DNA from: Nonlabens ponticola
Lineage (GTDB): Bacteria > Bacteroidota > Bacteroidia > Flavobacteriales > Flavobacteriaceae
Length of the DNA: 32,000 nt
Direction: 5' to 3'
Assembly (NCBI RefSeq): GCF_003966335.1
Contig: NZ_CP034549.1
Coordinates: forward strand, 810,001 to 842,000
The position numbers and the translations under genes were made by a program. This document shows positions 16,948 to 26,220 of the stretch, piece after piece. The notes under the pieces were generated by a model that searched no databases, was not told the origin of the DNA, and worked only from the letters and a program-made list of their open reading frames with translations. Within the stretch, counting starts at the first letter, position 1, and each line of letters starts with the position of its first letter.

Positions 16948-19355
16948 GATATAATTTTACTTGCCTTTTCCTATTTCTTTTTGCCTTTATTTCCCAAGCA
17001 CAGCAAGTGCAGGTGGTGAATAATGAGACTGGCGAGCCTATTCCCAATGTAGCTGTTTACAATAAAGAGAAAACAAAGTCTGCCATTGCAGACTTTGATG
17101 GATTTGTAGATCTCATAAAATTTGATGATAAAGAGACGATCTTTTTCCAGACCATGTCTTTCAAAACCTTAAAAAGTAGTAAGCGAGATATTCTTGCTCA
17201 TGGTGATCTGGTCAAGCTCACTCCGGTGTCACAAGGCATGAATCCAGTGGTGATATCAGTCTCTAAGTTTGAGCAGCGCAAACAGGACATACCGCAAAAA
17301 ATAATTTCTACCAGCGCTCAAGAAATTAAATTTAACAACCCACAAACCAGTGCAGATTTACTGCAGCAAACAGGTCAGGTGTATGTGCAAAAATCACAGC
17401 AAGGTGGTGGTAGCCCATTGATACGTGGTTTTTCAACAAATAGATTGCTCATTACGGTAGATGGTGTGCGCATGAATAATGCGACCTTTAGAGGTGGTAA
17501 TTTGCAAAATGTCATAAGCATCGATCCACTATGTGTCGAACGTACTGAGATTATTCTAGGTCCAGGCAGCGTTGTATATGGTAGTGATGCTATAGGTGGC
17601 GTCATGAATTTTTACACGCAGTCGCCAGTCTTTGCGACTGATAGCATCACAAACTTTGCAGGTAACGCCTTGTTACGATATGCCACCGCAAATAATGAGA
17701 ATACCGCACACCTAGATTTTAAATATGGAACGCAGCGATTTGCCAGTGCGACAAGCATCAGTTTTAATTCCTATGGCGATCTACATATGGGATCAAATGG
17801 ACCTGATGAATATTTGAGAAATCAATATGTCGTGCGCCGCGATGATGAGGATTTACTAGTAGATAATAGCGACCCACAACGCCAGATTCCTACTGGTTTT
17901 GATCAGCTCAACCTGTTGCAAAAATTCTCTTACAAGCCCAGCAGCGACTGGCAACTGGACGCAGGATTGATTTACACGCAAACCTCTGATTATAGCAGGT
18001 ATGATGCGTTGATACGCTTTCGCGAAAGCGGAAACCCCATAAGTGCCCAATGGTATTATGGACCTCAACGCTGGTTAATGCTTAATGCAAGAGCCACCCA
18101 TCGTGGTAATGGTAGATTATATGATAAAGCGATCATCACACAGGCTTATCAAAAATTCAATGAGAGCCGCAACAATCGTGATTTTCAAGATGTAGAGTTA
18201 TTTGAGAATGATGAGCAGGTAGATGCTCTTACAACGGCTATAGATTTTGAACGACGCAATCGAGAGAATAATGTCCTATTCTATGGAGCAGAATACGTGT
18301 ATAACAAGGTAGGCAGTGAAGGCAGTATTTTTGACATAGAAACAGGTAATAGACGCGCAGCTGCCAGTAGATATCCAGATGGATCAACATGGGAATCGCT
18401 AGCTGCTTATGTGAGTTATCAATGGAGAATCGAGGAAAATCTCACCTTACAATCTGGAGCACGATACAACCACATCTGGATTGACGCTCAATTTGATGAT
18501 GAATTCTTTGACTTTCCTTTTAGTGAAGCGACTGTAAATACAGGCGCACTTACCGGTGCGATAGGTGCAACTTATCTGCCTGATCCATCATGGGAACTGC
18601 GAGCAAATTTGAGTACAGCCTTTCGTGCGCCTAATATTGATGATATAGGTAAAATCTTTGATCCTAGTCCTGGCACGGTAGTCGTTCCCAATCCAGATGT
18701 GGATTCTGAGTATTCTTATAATACAGAGCTAGGTGTTAAAAAACGAGTAGGCGATCAATTGACTATTGAGGTCGCGGGATATTATACGTTGCTAGATGAT
18801 GCATTGGTGGCTCGTGATTTTGAGCTCAATGGTGAGGATCAAATCATCTATCAAGGAGAATTGAGTCAGGTGCAAGCCATTCAAAATGCAGAGCGTGCGA
18901 TGATCTACGGCGTTGAGATAGGAATGGATTACAAACTCAATGATGAGTGGAATCTGTACGGTCATTACACTTGGCTGGATGGCGAGCAGGAAGAAGAAGA
19001 CGGCACCACGGTTGCCGTGCGTCACGTGGCACCAGCTTTTGGCGATTTTCATGTAGTTTATGATCACGATAGATTTAAGGCAGATGCCTTTGTTTTATTC
19101 AACGGTCAGTTTGATTTTAATGAATTGGCGCCTAGCCAGCAGGATAGGCCGTATTTGTATGCGCAGGATGAGAATGGCAATCCATTCTCGCCATCATGGT
19201 ACACGCTTAATTTGCGATCTAGATATGAGATTAACAAGGCATTGAGTGTTAATGCTACCCTTGAAAATATCACAGACCAGCGCTATCGCACCTATTCATC
19301 TGGAATAGCAGCGGCTGGTAGAAACTTAATTTTGGCACTTGATTATTCTTTTTAA
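16944..19355 (+). CDS. TonB-dependent receptor (CarboxypepD_reg N-domain; plug motif reminiscent of heme/hemoglobin-type receptors)
   Basis: TTG start overlapping the recO stop (TTGA). It has a signal peptide, then a plug region (GGGSPLIRGFSTNRLLITVDGVRMNN..GPGSVVYGSDAIGG), a long beta-barrel and a terminal F. The substrate class is a low-confidence recollection. Confidence 0.85.
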   Translation: MRYNFTCLFLFLFAFISQAQQVQVVNNETGEPIPNVAVYNKEKTKSAIADFDGFVDLIKFDDKETIFFQTMSFKTLKSSKRDILAHGDLVKLTPVSQGMNPVVISVSKFEQRKQDIPQKIISTSAQEIKFNNPQTSADLLQQTGQVYVQKSQQGGGSPLIRGFSTNRLLITVDGVRMNNATFRGGNLQNVISIDPLCVERTEIILGPGSVVYGSDAIGGVMNFYTQSPVFATDSITNFAGNALLRYATANNENTAHLDFKYGTQRFASATSISFNSYGDLHMGSNGPDEYLRNQYVVRRDDEDLLVDNSDPQRQIPTGFDQLNLLQKFSYKPSSDWQLDAGLIYTQTSDYSRYDALIRFRESGNPISAQWYYGPQRWLMLNARATHRGNGRLYDKAIITQAYQKFNESRNNRDFQDVELFENDEQVDALTTAIDFERRNRENNVLFYGAEYVYNKVGSEGSIFDIETGNRRAAASRYPDGSTWESLAAYVSYQWRIEENLTLQSGARYNHIWIDAQFDDEFFDFPFSEATVNTGALTGAIGATYLPDPSWELRANLSTAFRAPNIDDIGKIFDPSPGTVVVPNPDVDSEYSYNTELGVKKRVGDQLTIEVAGYYTLLDDALVARDFELNGEDQIIYQGELSQVQAIQNAERAMIYGVEIGMDYKLNDEWNLYGHYTWLDGEQEEEDGTTVAVRHVAPAFGDFHVVYDHDRFKADAFVLFNGQFDFNELAPSQQDRPYLYAQDENGNPFSPSWYTLNLRSRYEINKALSVNATLENITDQRYRTYSSGIAAAGRNLILALDYSF
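18016..18029. repeat. GCTTTCGCGAAAGC palindrome copy 4 (inside TBDR CDS)
   Basis: Exact 14-mer, read in a different frame as R-F-R-E-S (LIRFRESGN). Confidence 0.95.
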
Positions 19356-19360
19356 GAACC

Positions 19361-19996
19361 GTGAGTCTAGACGTCGTTCTACATAATCAACATTTTAAAC
19401 TACACCCATCAGGAGCTTGTTATTGGGTAGAGCAAGATGTTGTTCTTTTGGCAGATGTTCATCTGGGAAAAAGCGCTCACTTCCGTAAGAATGGGATGGC
19501 CATACCATCTACCGCAGACGACGCAGAGTATGACAAGCTCAATGAGGTTATTGATTACTTCAAGCCATCGCGACTATTTTTTCTGGGCGACTTGTTTCAT
19601 TCCTACATCAATGCAGAGTGGCACTTTTTTGAACAATGGGTGCGTATGCAATCCATCGAGATCGTGCTAGTAATGGGTAATCACGATGTCATCTCGCGTG
19701 AAAAATTTAATCAAATAGGAATAGCAACCCACGACGTGTTACAAATGGGGTCCATCTATTTAACACACCATCCAGAGGAGCAAGACGGGTATTTTAATAT
19801 TGCAGGACACGTACATCCAGCGGTAAAACTTACAGGAGTAGGCAGGCAGCGTATGAAGATACCATGCTTTTTCACTACAGATACAGGCATGATTATACCA
19901 GCATTTGGTGATTTTACAGGCACACATGTGCTCAAACCACAAAAGGGAAATCGCATATTTGGTTGTGTGCCAGACGATGTCATCGAGTTGTCATAA
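19361..19996 (+). CDS. pdeM: ligase-associated DNA damage response endonuclease PdeM-type metallophosphoesterase
   Basis: GTG start 5 nt after the TBDR stop. Contains LLADVHLGKSAHFRKNGMAIP, FLGDLFHS and MGNHD, the calcineurin-like phosphoesterase motifs in the PdeM arrangement. Confidence 0.75.
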   Translation: MSLDVVLHNQHFKLHPSGACYWVEQDVVLLADVHLGKSAHFRKNGMAIPSTADDAEYDKLNEVIDYFKPSRLFFLGDLFHSYINAEWHFFEQWVRMQSIEIVLVMGNHDVISREKFNQIGIATHDVLQMGSIYLTHHPEEQDGYFNIAGHVHPAVKLTGVGRQRMKIPCFFTTDTGMIIPAFGDFTGTHVLKPQKGNRIFGCVPDDVIELS

Positions 19997-20025
19997 ATTG
20001 CAGCGATTATTCTTACCCAACCATC

Positions 20026-20850
20026 ATGTTAAAAAAGATCGCGAGTATTCTCAATTTGATCAGCATCATTGTGCTGATTGCTTGGAACGGATATGCCAAT
20101 TCTGGAAATTTCAACGGTAATACGGTAGGCGATCTAAGTGCAGAATATAGCAACCTGTTCACGCCAGCGAGTTATGCCTTTGCAATATGGGGTTTGATTT
20201 TCTTGATGCTATTGGTTTTTGGGGTGTATGGTGTGTATTACGCTTTCGCGAAAGCTACCTCACTCAAACCGAGAGCCTATCGCACCAACTTTGTGGTATC
20301 AACAGCGCCGTGGTTCTTACTGGCAAATATCTGTTGTACGGCATGGGTAGGCTTCTGGCTGGAAGAAATGATAGGAATATCGGTACTACTCATGGTCGGT
20401 ATACTGGTTTTCTTGCTTTTGTGTGTGCGCAGCATTGATATGGAATTATGGGATGCGCCGTTTCCACTAATCGCATTTGTGTGGTGGCCGCTGTGCCTTT
20501 ATACAGGCTGGATAAGTGTCGCAATTATTGCAAACGTCGCGAGTTACCTTAATGAAATCATGGAATTTACTAGAGATCAGGAAATTTATATCACCATCGC
20601 GATGGTAGTGGTTGCTGCTGTAATTAATATTCTCATGGTGTGGTATCGCAACATGCGCGAGTACGCTAGTGTAGGCGTGTGGGCACTTGTCGCCATTTAT
20701 GTCCGTCACAAAGATGAGGTAGAATTGATAAGCTATGTAGCGATAGCGGCAGCCGCGATTCTATTAGTGAATATCATGTGGCATGGATACCTCAATCGTC
20801 ACACAAATCCATTTATCAAATACAAACAGTATAGAGCGAGTAAAGCTTAA
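20026..20850 (+). CDS. tryptophan-rich polytopic membrane protein (TspO/MBR-related, tentative)
   Basis: ORF 19963..20850; I prefer ATG 20026 (MLKKIASILNLISIIVLIAW), which removes the overlap with pdeM. It has about 7-8 hydrophobic helices, is W-rich, and contains LFTPASYAFAIWGLIFL. Confidence 0.65.
   Translation: MLKKIASILNLISIIVLIAWNGYANSGNFNGNTVGDLSAEYSNLFTPASYAFAIWGLIFLMLLVFGVYGVYYAFAKATSLKPRAYRTNFVVSTAPWFLLANICCTAWVGFWLEEMIGISVLLMVGILVFLLLCVRSIDMELWDAPFPLIAFVWWPLCLYTGWISVAIIANVASYLNEIMEFTRDQEIYITIAMVVVAAVINILMVWYRNMREYASVGVWALVAIYVRHKDEVELISYVAIAAAAILLVNIMWHGYLNRHTNPFIKYKQYRASKA
20242..20255. repeat. GCTTTCGCGAAAGC palindrome copy 5 (inside Trp-rich membrane protein CDS)
   Basis: Exact 14-mer with the left extension TTAC, read as YYAFAKATS. 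Confidence 0.95.
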
Positions 20851-22184
20851 AAGCTCTTAATATCATTAGCCCAACTAGGATAGGTGTAGATGGTTCTTTT
20901 TATTTGCGTAAAAGTCAAGTCGTTGTTCATGGCAACAGCAAAAATGTTGATCGTCTCGGCCGCTTCATGAGAGATAATGTGCGCACCTAGGATCTTATCA
21001 GTTTTATTATCGACGATTACTTTATAGGCATAATATTTTGCATTTAATCGCCTGGTATTGAACCAGCTACTAGCATCTTGATGATGTACGGTAATGTCTA
21101 GGTTTTGATCTGCGGCTTGCTTTTCAGTCAATCCTATTCCTGCTACTTGAGGTATGGTAAAAGTGACGCTAGGTATATCAACCGGCTTGAATTTTTTCTT
21201 TTCTCCTGTTAGGTTAGCCGCAACAACGTCTGCTTCAAGACCGCTTAATGGTGTAAGCGGTAAATTCTTGCTCGATACATCACCACAGGCATAAAAATTT
21301 GATTGCGATGTACTGCATAGGTATTCATCCACCATGACTCCATCACGTCCAGTGACTACTCCAGCATTTTCTAGCTGTAAGGATTTGACACTAGGTTCAC
21401 GACCTGCGGTGTTGAAAGCTAGATCAGTTGTTTGCTGGTGCTGACTACTATCTTTGGAATAATGCAATAAAAGTCGGTCATCCTTTTTCTCTACACTAGA
21501 AACTTGAGCATTGAGAATCACATCTATTCCTAGATCTCTGGACGCATCCAGTAAAAAGCCTGCGGTAAATTCTTCAAATGGTGATAATAATTGATCACCT
21601 TGTTCTATCACAGTCACTTTGACACCAGCACGAGCCAACATATGACTAAATTCCATACCAATATATCCACCACCAATAAAGGTCACCTTTTCAGGTAATT
21701 CTTTCAATGTGAAAAAATCTGGGCTTTCCAGTAGATGTTCCTCACCAGGTATTCCCAACTCTATTGGCTTCATACCTGTGGCAATGACAAACTTTTTTGA
21801 TTTGATGGTGGTGCCGTCAAAAGTAAAAGTGTGCGCATCCTCAAAATGGCCGTCGCCGTGATAGCAATCCACTCCTTTACTCTTGAGCATTTGCTCTGTG
21901 TTTTCTGGAATATTGCTAGTGTAACGTCGAGCGTAGTCTTGTACCTCTTTCCAGTCGATGCGAATTTCTCCAGCAATTCCATCACCTTTCATATTGGTGG
22001 CTAGCTCATAAGCCTCGCTACTGGCCAGCATCAATTTTTTAGGATCGCAACCGCGCTGCGAGCAAGTACCGCCATACTCGCGATTGTCAATGATTCCTAC
22101 CTTCATACCGTGGCTACAGCAGCGATCTGCTACCAGTTTGCCAGCGGTTCCTGTTCCTAAAATAAATACATCGTATTGCTCCAT
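20847..22184 (-). CDS. class I pyridine nucleotide-disulfide oxidoreductase (FAD/NAD(P); GR/Lpd-like)
   Basis: Contains DVFILGTGTAGK (FAD), GGTCSQRGCDPKK (redox CxxxxC), FIGGGYIGMEF (NAD(P)), and ACGD plus a dimerisation domain. The C-terminal HPxxxE dyad is replaced by YPSWAN. Confidence 0.85.
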   Translation of the reverse strand: MEQYDVFILGTGTAGKLVADRCCSHGMKVGIIDNREYGGTCSQRGCDPKKLMLASSEAYELATNMKGDGIAGEIRIDWKEVQDYARRYTSNIPENTEQMLKSKGVDCYHGDGHFEDAHTFTFDGTTIKSKKFVIATGMKPIELGIPGEEHLLESPDFFTLKELPEKVTFIGGGYIGMEFSHMLARAGVKVTVIEQGDQLLSPFEEFTAGFLLDASRDLGIDVILNAQVSSVEKKDDRLLLHYSKDSSQHQQTTDLAFNTAGREPSVKSLQLENAGVVTGRDGVMVDEYLCSTSQSNFYACGDVSSKNLPLTPLSGLEADVVAANLTGEKKKFKPVDIPSVTFTIPQVAGIGLTEKQAADQNLDITVHHQDASSWFNTRRLNAKYYAYKVIVDNKTDKILGAHIISHEAAETINIFAVAMNNDLTFTQIKRTIYTYPSWANDIKSF

Positions 22185-22285
22185 TTTCTAAATGTAAAGG
22201 AGCATCGCTCTTGATGCTGTGAAAGAATTGACAATATTTGGGAAGACTTGCGGCATGAGTATATCTTTACGGTCAATACATTGCT

Positions 22286-25200
22286 TTGGCTTACACAGAT
22301 ATTCTCCAGTCATATTCTCATTTACCACAAACCCAACAATTGCTGGATCATCTAGCGCAGGATCACGGTGCGATTCAAGTAGCTGGTCTCACTGGTAGTG
22401 CGTTATCGATTGAGTTGCAAACCTTATTTGAGCAAAGCGACAAGCCTTTTTTACTTATATGCAACGACAAGGAAGAAGCCGCCTATTATCTCAACGATCT
22501 AGAAAAAATGATAGGCGAGGAACGTGTGCTGTTTTATCCAGGAAGCTATCGACGACCTTACCAGATTGAGGAAACAGATAATGCCAATGTCCTTTTAAGG
22601 GCTGAGGTGCTCAACCGAATCAATTCAAAACGCAAGCCAGCGGTTATTGTTACATATCCAGACGCATTGTTTGAAAAGGTAGTCACGCGCAAGGAATTGG
22701 AGAAAAACACGCTCAAGATTGCCGTTGGTGATCAAATAAGCATTGATTTTGCAAACGAGGTGCTGTTTGAATATGCCTTCAAGCGCGTCGATTTTGTGAC
22801 AGAACCTGGTGAATTCTCATTGCGCGGTGGTATCCTCGATGTGTTCTCATTTTCTAATGAAGAGCCTTATCGTATAGAGTTTTTTGGCAACGAGATTGAT
22901 AGCATACGCATCTTTGATGTGGAGACACAACTGTCTAAAGATCAGATTAAAAAGATATCCATAATTCCTAATGTGGAGAACAAGAAGTCTGATGAGCGAC
23001 GTGAGAGTTTCTTGAAATACTTGTCAAGTAAGACGGTTGTATTTGCCCAACATCTTGATTTGATGTATGCTCGTGTTGATTCGCTTTTCGCGAAAGCGGA
23101 ACAAGCCTACCAAAAACTTGATGGTGGCATTAAGCAATTAACTCCAGACGAGATTTTCTGCAAGTCGGCCTTGCTTAAGAAGCAATTGGAGAAATACACG
23201 ACAGTTGAATTTACCGGTAGCGACCCAGCTGTGCGATTCAGCACCAGCCCGCAACCATCTTTCAATAAGCAGTTTGATATATTGGTGGACACGCTGCGAG
23301 AAAATGAGAAACGTGGATTCAAGACTTATCTGCTGTGCGGTACTGCACAGCAAGCAAAGCGTTTCAAGGACATTTTTGACGACATGAATGCGCAGGTTTC
23401 CTATGAAACGGTGACCATGACATTGTATAAAGGATTTGTAGATGCAGATTTAAAAATCGCTTGTTACACAGATCATGAGATTTTTGATCGTTATCATAAG
23501 TTCCACTTGAAGAATGGCTATGCCAAAAAGCAAGCCATCACGCTCAAGGAACTCAATACGCTGGTCATAGGTGATTATGTTACGCATATTGATCACGGTA
23601 TAGGGAAATTTGGTGGACTCCAAAAGATCGATGTCAACGGCAAGATGCAGGAAGCTATCAAGCTGTTTTATGGCGAGCGCGATATTTTATATGTCTCGAT
23701 TCACTCGCTACATAAGATCACGAGATATGCTGGTAAAGACGGCAAGACGCCTAAGATCTACAAGCTAGGTAGTCCAGCCTGGAAAAAACTAAAAGCCAAA
23801 ACCAAGACTAAGGTCAAGCAAATTGCTTTTGACCTGATCAAATTATATGCAAAGCGACGCGCTCGCAAAGGGTTTCAATACGAGCCAGATGGTTATTTGC
23901 AAAATGAGCTAGAGGCTAGTTTTATTTATGAGGATACACCAGATCAAAGTGCAGCGACACAAGATGTAAAAAATGACATGGAAAGCGATCGTCCCATGGA
24001 TCGATTGGTCTGTGGTGATGTAGGATTCGGTAAGACTGAAGTTGCCATACGTGCTGCGTTTAAGGCTGCGGTGAGTGGCAAACAAGTTGCTGTGCTCGTG
24101 CCAACAACTGTTCTAGCTTTTCAGCATGCCAAGACTTTTAAGGAGCGCCTTGCCGACATGCCAGTTACGGTAGATTATTTGAATCGTTTCCGTACGGCAA
24201 AGGAGCGTCGCACGGTACTTGAAGGACTTGAAAACGGAACCATCGATATCGTGATAGGCACTCACCAGCTGGTCAATAAGTCGGTTAAGTTTAAAGACAT
24301 AGGACTGTTGATTATCGATGAGGAGCAAAAATTTGGAGTTGCAGTAAAAGATAAGCTCAAAACCTTAAAGGAAAACATTGACACGCTCACGCTTACTGCT
24401 ACGCCTATACCGCGTACGCTGCAATTCTCATTAATGGCCGCACGTGATTTGAGCGTTATAAAAACGCCACCACCCAATCGTCACCCTATTGAGTCTCGCG
24501 TGGTACGATTTTCTGAAGAAGTGATACGTGACGCGGTAAGCTATGAGATTTCCCGTGGTGGTCAGGTATTTTTTGTCCACAATCGTATTGAGAACATTAA
24601 GGAAGTAGCAGGTATGATCCAGCGATCTGTTCCAGATGCTAAGGTAGGTATAGGTCACGGTCAGATGGATGGAAAAAAGCTGGAAGAATTGATGCTGGCT
24701 TTTATGAATAATGAGTTTGACGTACTGGTAAGTACCACCATCATTGAGAGTGGTCTTGACGTGCCTAATGCGAATACCATCTTCATCAATAACGCCAATA
24801 ACTTTGGACTATCAGACCTGCATCAAATGCGTGGTCGAGTGGGCCGCAGTAATAAAAAGGCCTTTTGTTATTTCATCACGCCACCATATGATATGATGAC
24901 TGATGATGCTCGCAAAAGAATCCAAGCAATTGAGAATTTCTCTGAGTTGGGTAGTGGTTTCAACATCGCCATGAAAGATCTTGAGATACGTGGTGCTGGA
25001 GATATTTTGGGTGGCGAGCAAAGTGGTTTCATGAATGAGATAGGATTTGATACCTATCAAAAAATCCTGAGCGAAGCCATAGAAGAGCTCAAGGAAAATG
25101 AGTTCAAAGAACTCTATCCTACGGATGAGATCAAGACCAAACATGTAAGCGATGTCACGATTGATACAGATTTTGAATTATTGTTCCCAGATGATTACAT

Positions 25201-25630
25201 CAACAGTGTTACAGAGCGTCTTGCATTGTACTCAAAACTCAATGAGGTAGATGATCAGCTGCAATTAACGCAGTACCGCAAGGAATTGGTAGACCGTTTT
25301 GGTGAACTGCCAGACCAGGCGGAAGATCTGTTGACCAGCATCAAGATCAAGTGGATCGCCAGTCGCATAGGTCTGGAAAAGATCGTGATGAAGCAAGGCA
25401 AGTTCATAGGTTACTTTATCGCAGATCAGTCGAGCAGTTTTTACCAGACAGAGACCTTCAGCTATCTATTGCAAGCAGTGAACAGCAGTGGCAAAACTAT
25501 GCAGCTAAAAGAAAAGCAAACCAGGTCAGGATTGCGATTGTTACTCAAGATGGAGCAATGTAAAAGTGTAGATCAAGCATTAGCAAACCTAGATAAGATA
25601 TTGCCTGTTGAAGAGATCGTAAGCACTTAG
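22286..25630 (+). CDS. mfd: transcription-repair coupling factor
   Basis: 1114 aa. Has a UvrB-homology N-terminus, a CarD/RID domain (GDYVTHIDHGIGKF) and helicase motifs (GDVGFGKTEVA, DEEQKFG, LTATPIPRT, QMRGRVGRS). TTG 22286 is the only TTG/ATG/GTG start in frame after the upstream stop. Confidence 0.95.
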   Translation: MAYTDILQSYSHLPQTQQLLDHLAQDHGAIQVAGLTGSALSIELQTLFEQSDKPFLLICNDKEEAAYYLNDLEKMIGEERVLFYPGSYRRPYQIEETDNANVLLRAEVLNRINSKRKPAVIVTYPDALFEKVVTRKELEKNTLKIAVGDQISIDFANEVLFEYAFKRVDFVTEPGEFSLRGGILDVFSFSNEEPYRIEFFGNEIDSIRIFDVETQLSKDQIKKISIIPNVENKKSDERRESFLKYLSSKTVVFAQHLDLMYARVDSLFAKAEQAYQKLDGGIKQLTPDEIFCKSALLKKQLEKYTTVEFTGSDPAVRFSTSPQPSFNKQFDILVDTLRENEKRGFKTYLLCGTAQQAKRFKDIFDDMNAQVSYETVTMTLYKGFVDADLKIACYTDHEIFDRYHKFHLKNGYAKKQAITLKELNTLVIGDYVTHIDHGIGKFGGLQKIDVNGKMQEAIKLFYGERDILYVSIHSLHKITRYAGKDGKTPKIYKLGSPAWKKLKAKTKTKVKQIAFDLIKLYAKRRARKGFQYEPDGYLQNELEASFIYEDTPDQSAATQDVKNDMESDRPMDRLVCGDVGFGKTEVAIRAAFKAAVSGKQVAVLVPTTVLAFQHAKTFKERLADMPVTVDYLNRFRTAKERRTVLEGLENGTIDIVIGTHQLVNKSVKFKDIGLLIIDEEQKFGVAVKDKLKTLKENIDTLTLTATPIPRTLQFSLMAARDLSVIKTPPPNRHPIESRVVRFSEEVIRDAVSYEISRGGQVFFVHNRIENIKEVAGMIQRSVPDAKVGIGHGQMDGKKLEELMLAFMNNEFDVLVSTTIIESGLDVPNANTIFINNANNFGLSDLHQMRGRVGRSNKKAFCYFITPPYDMMTDDARKRIQAIENFSELGSGFNIAMKDLEIRGAGDILGGEQSGFMNEIGFDTYQKILSEAIEELKENEFKELYPTDEIKTKHVSDVTIDTDFELLFPDDYINSVTERLALYSKLNEVDDQLQLTQYRKELVDRFGELPDQAEDLLTSIKIKWIASRIGLEKIVMKQGKFIGYFIADQSSSFYQTETFSYLLQAVNSSGKTMQLKEKQTRSGLRLLLKMEQCKSVDQALANLDKILPVEEIVST
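23083..23097. repeat. near-copy GCTTTTCGCGAAAGC (one extra T) inside mfd
   Basis: 15-mer differing from the core by one inserted T, read as SLFAKAE. Confidence 0.8.
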
Positions 25631-25709
25631 TAGATGGCTATGAAGCCACTTGCAGTAATCTTATTATTCCTATGGGCTGTTATAAAAGATAAAGTCGTTT
25701 GAGTTTTTG

Positions 25710-25723
25710 CTTTCGCGAAAGCG
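25710..25723. repeat. GCTTTCGCGAAAGC palindrome copy 7 (intergenic, between convergent mfd and membrane-protein genes)
   Basis: Exact 14-mer with the right extension GTAA, 13 nt from the minus-strand gene's stop. Confidence 0.95.
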
Positions 25724-25736
25724 TAACAATCAACAT

Positions 25737-26189
25737 TTACATTGCAAACCACTGACTCCACGGTAGTCTAGAAAGGACAAGAACAAGAGCGATAGTATAA
25801 AAGATACTGAGCATCTTGAGTTTGCCGTTGCTGGTAATCTTCTTTTTATGTTTCGAATAGCCAATGGTAAGGATAGTAGTAGCGATAATCATGGTCAATG
25901 GATGTTCCAGCGCGAGTAATCTTGCTCCACGACCTTCTGGAGTCATAAGAAAGCTGAAGTTTGAGAACAACATATTAGAATAAGGTGATAGTGCCCACAA
26001 AGCTAGTCCTAATAATAATTGAATATGTGTCACGATCAAACCACCTAAGGCTAGGCTAAAATCACGATTACCAAATTCCTTTTTGGAAAAGAAACCTATC
26101 AGCGCATTAAGTGTTGCTAGAACTAGAACGGTAACCACAAGGTACGCCCATCCAGAGTGAGCTGATTTTAAAATAGAATAGGCATTCAT
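25737..26189 (-). CDS. small 4-TM membrane protein, unknown function
   Basis: 150-aa ORF with four hydrophobic helices and conserved-looking His residues. It has its own TAnnTTTG box. Confidence 0.6.
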   Translation of the reverse strand: MNAYSILKSAHSGWAYLVVTVLVLATLNALIGFFSKKEFGNRDFSLALGGLIVTHIQLLLGLALWALSPYSNMLFSNFSFLMTPEGRGARLLALEHPLTMIIATTILTIGYSKHKKKITSNGKLKMLSIFYTIALVLVLSRLPWSQWFAM

Positions 26190-26209
26190 AAAAAGGAGGT
26201 TTAAAGTTT

Positions 26210-26217
26210 CAAAAATA
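26210..26217 (-). promoter_or_regulatory. candidate -7 promoter box (TAnnTTTG)
   Basis: The minus strand reads TATTTTTG, 20 nt upstream of ATG 26189. Confidence 0.35.
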
Positions 26218-26220
26218 GCC

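Noticed and set aside
3935-19355. A functional heme cluster linking hemH with the possibly heme-type TBDR at 16944-19355
   Set aside because: The genes are 12 kb apart and separated by unrelated operons. The substrate assignment of the TBDR is itself only a weak recollection.
19963-20025. Upstream start for the Trp-rich membrane protein overlapping pdeM
   Set aside because: The extra 21 residues (MCARRCHRVVINCSDYSYPTI) are not hydrophobic or signal-like and overlap the pdeM 3' end. ATG 20026 begins directly at the first TM helix.
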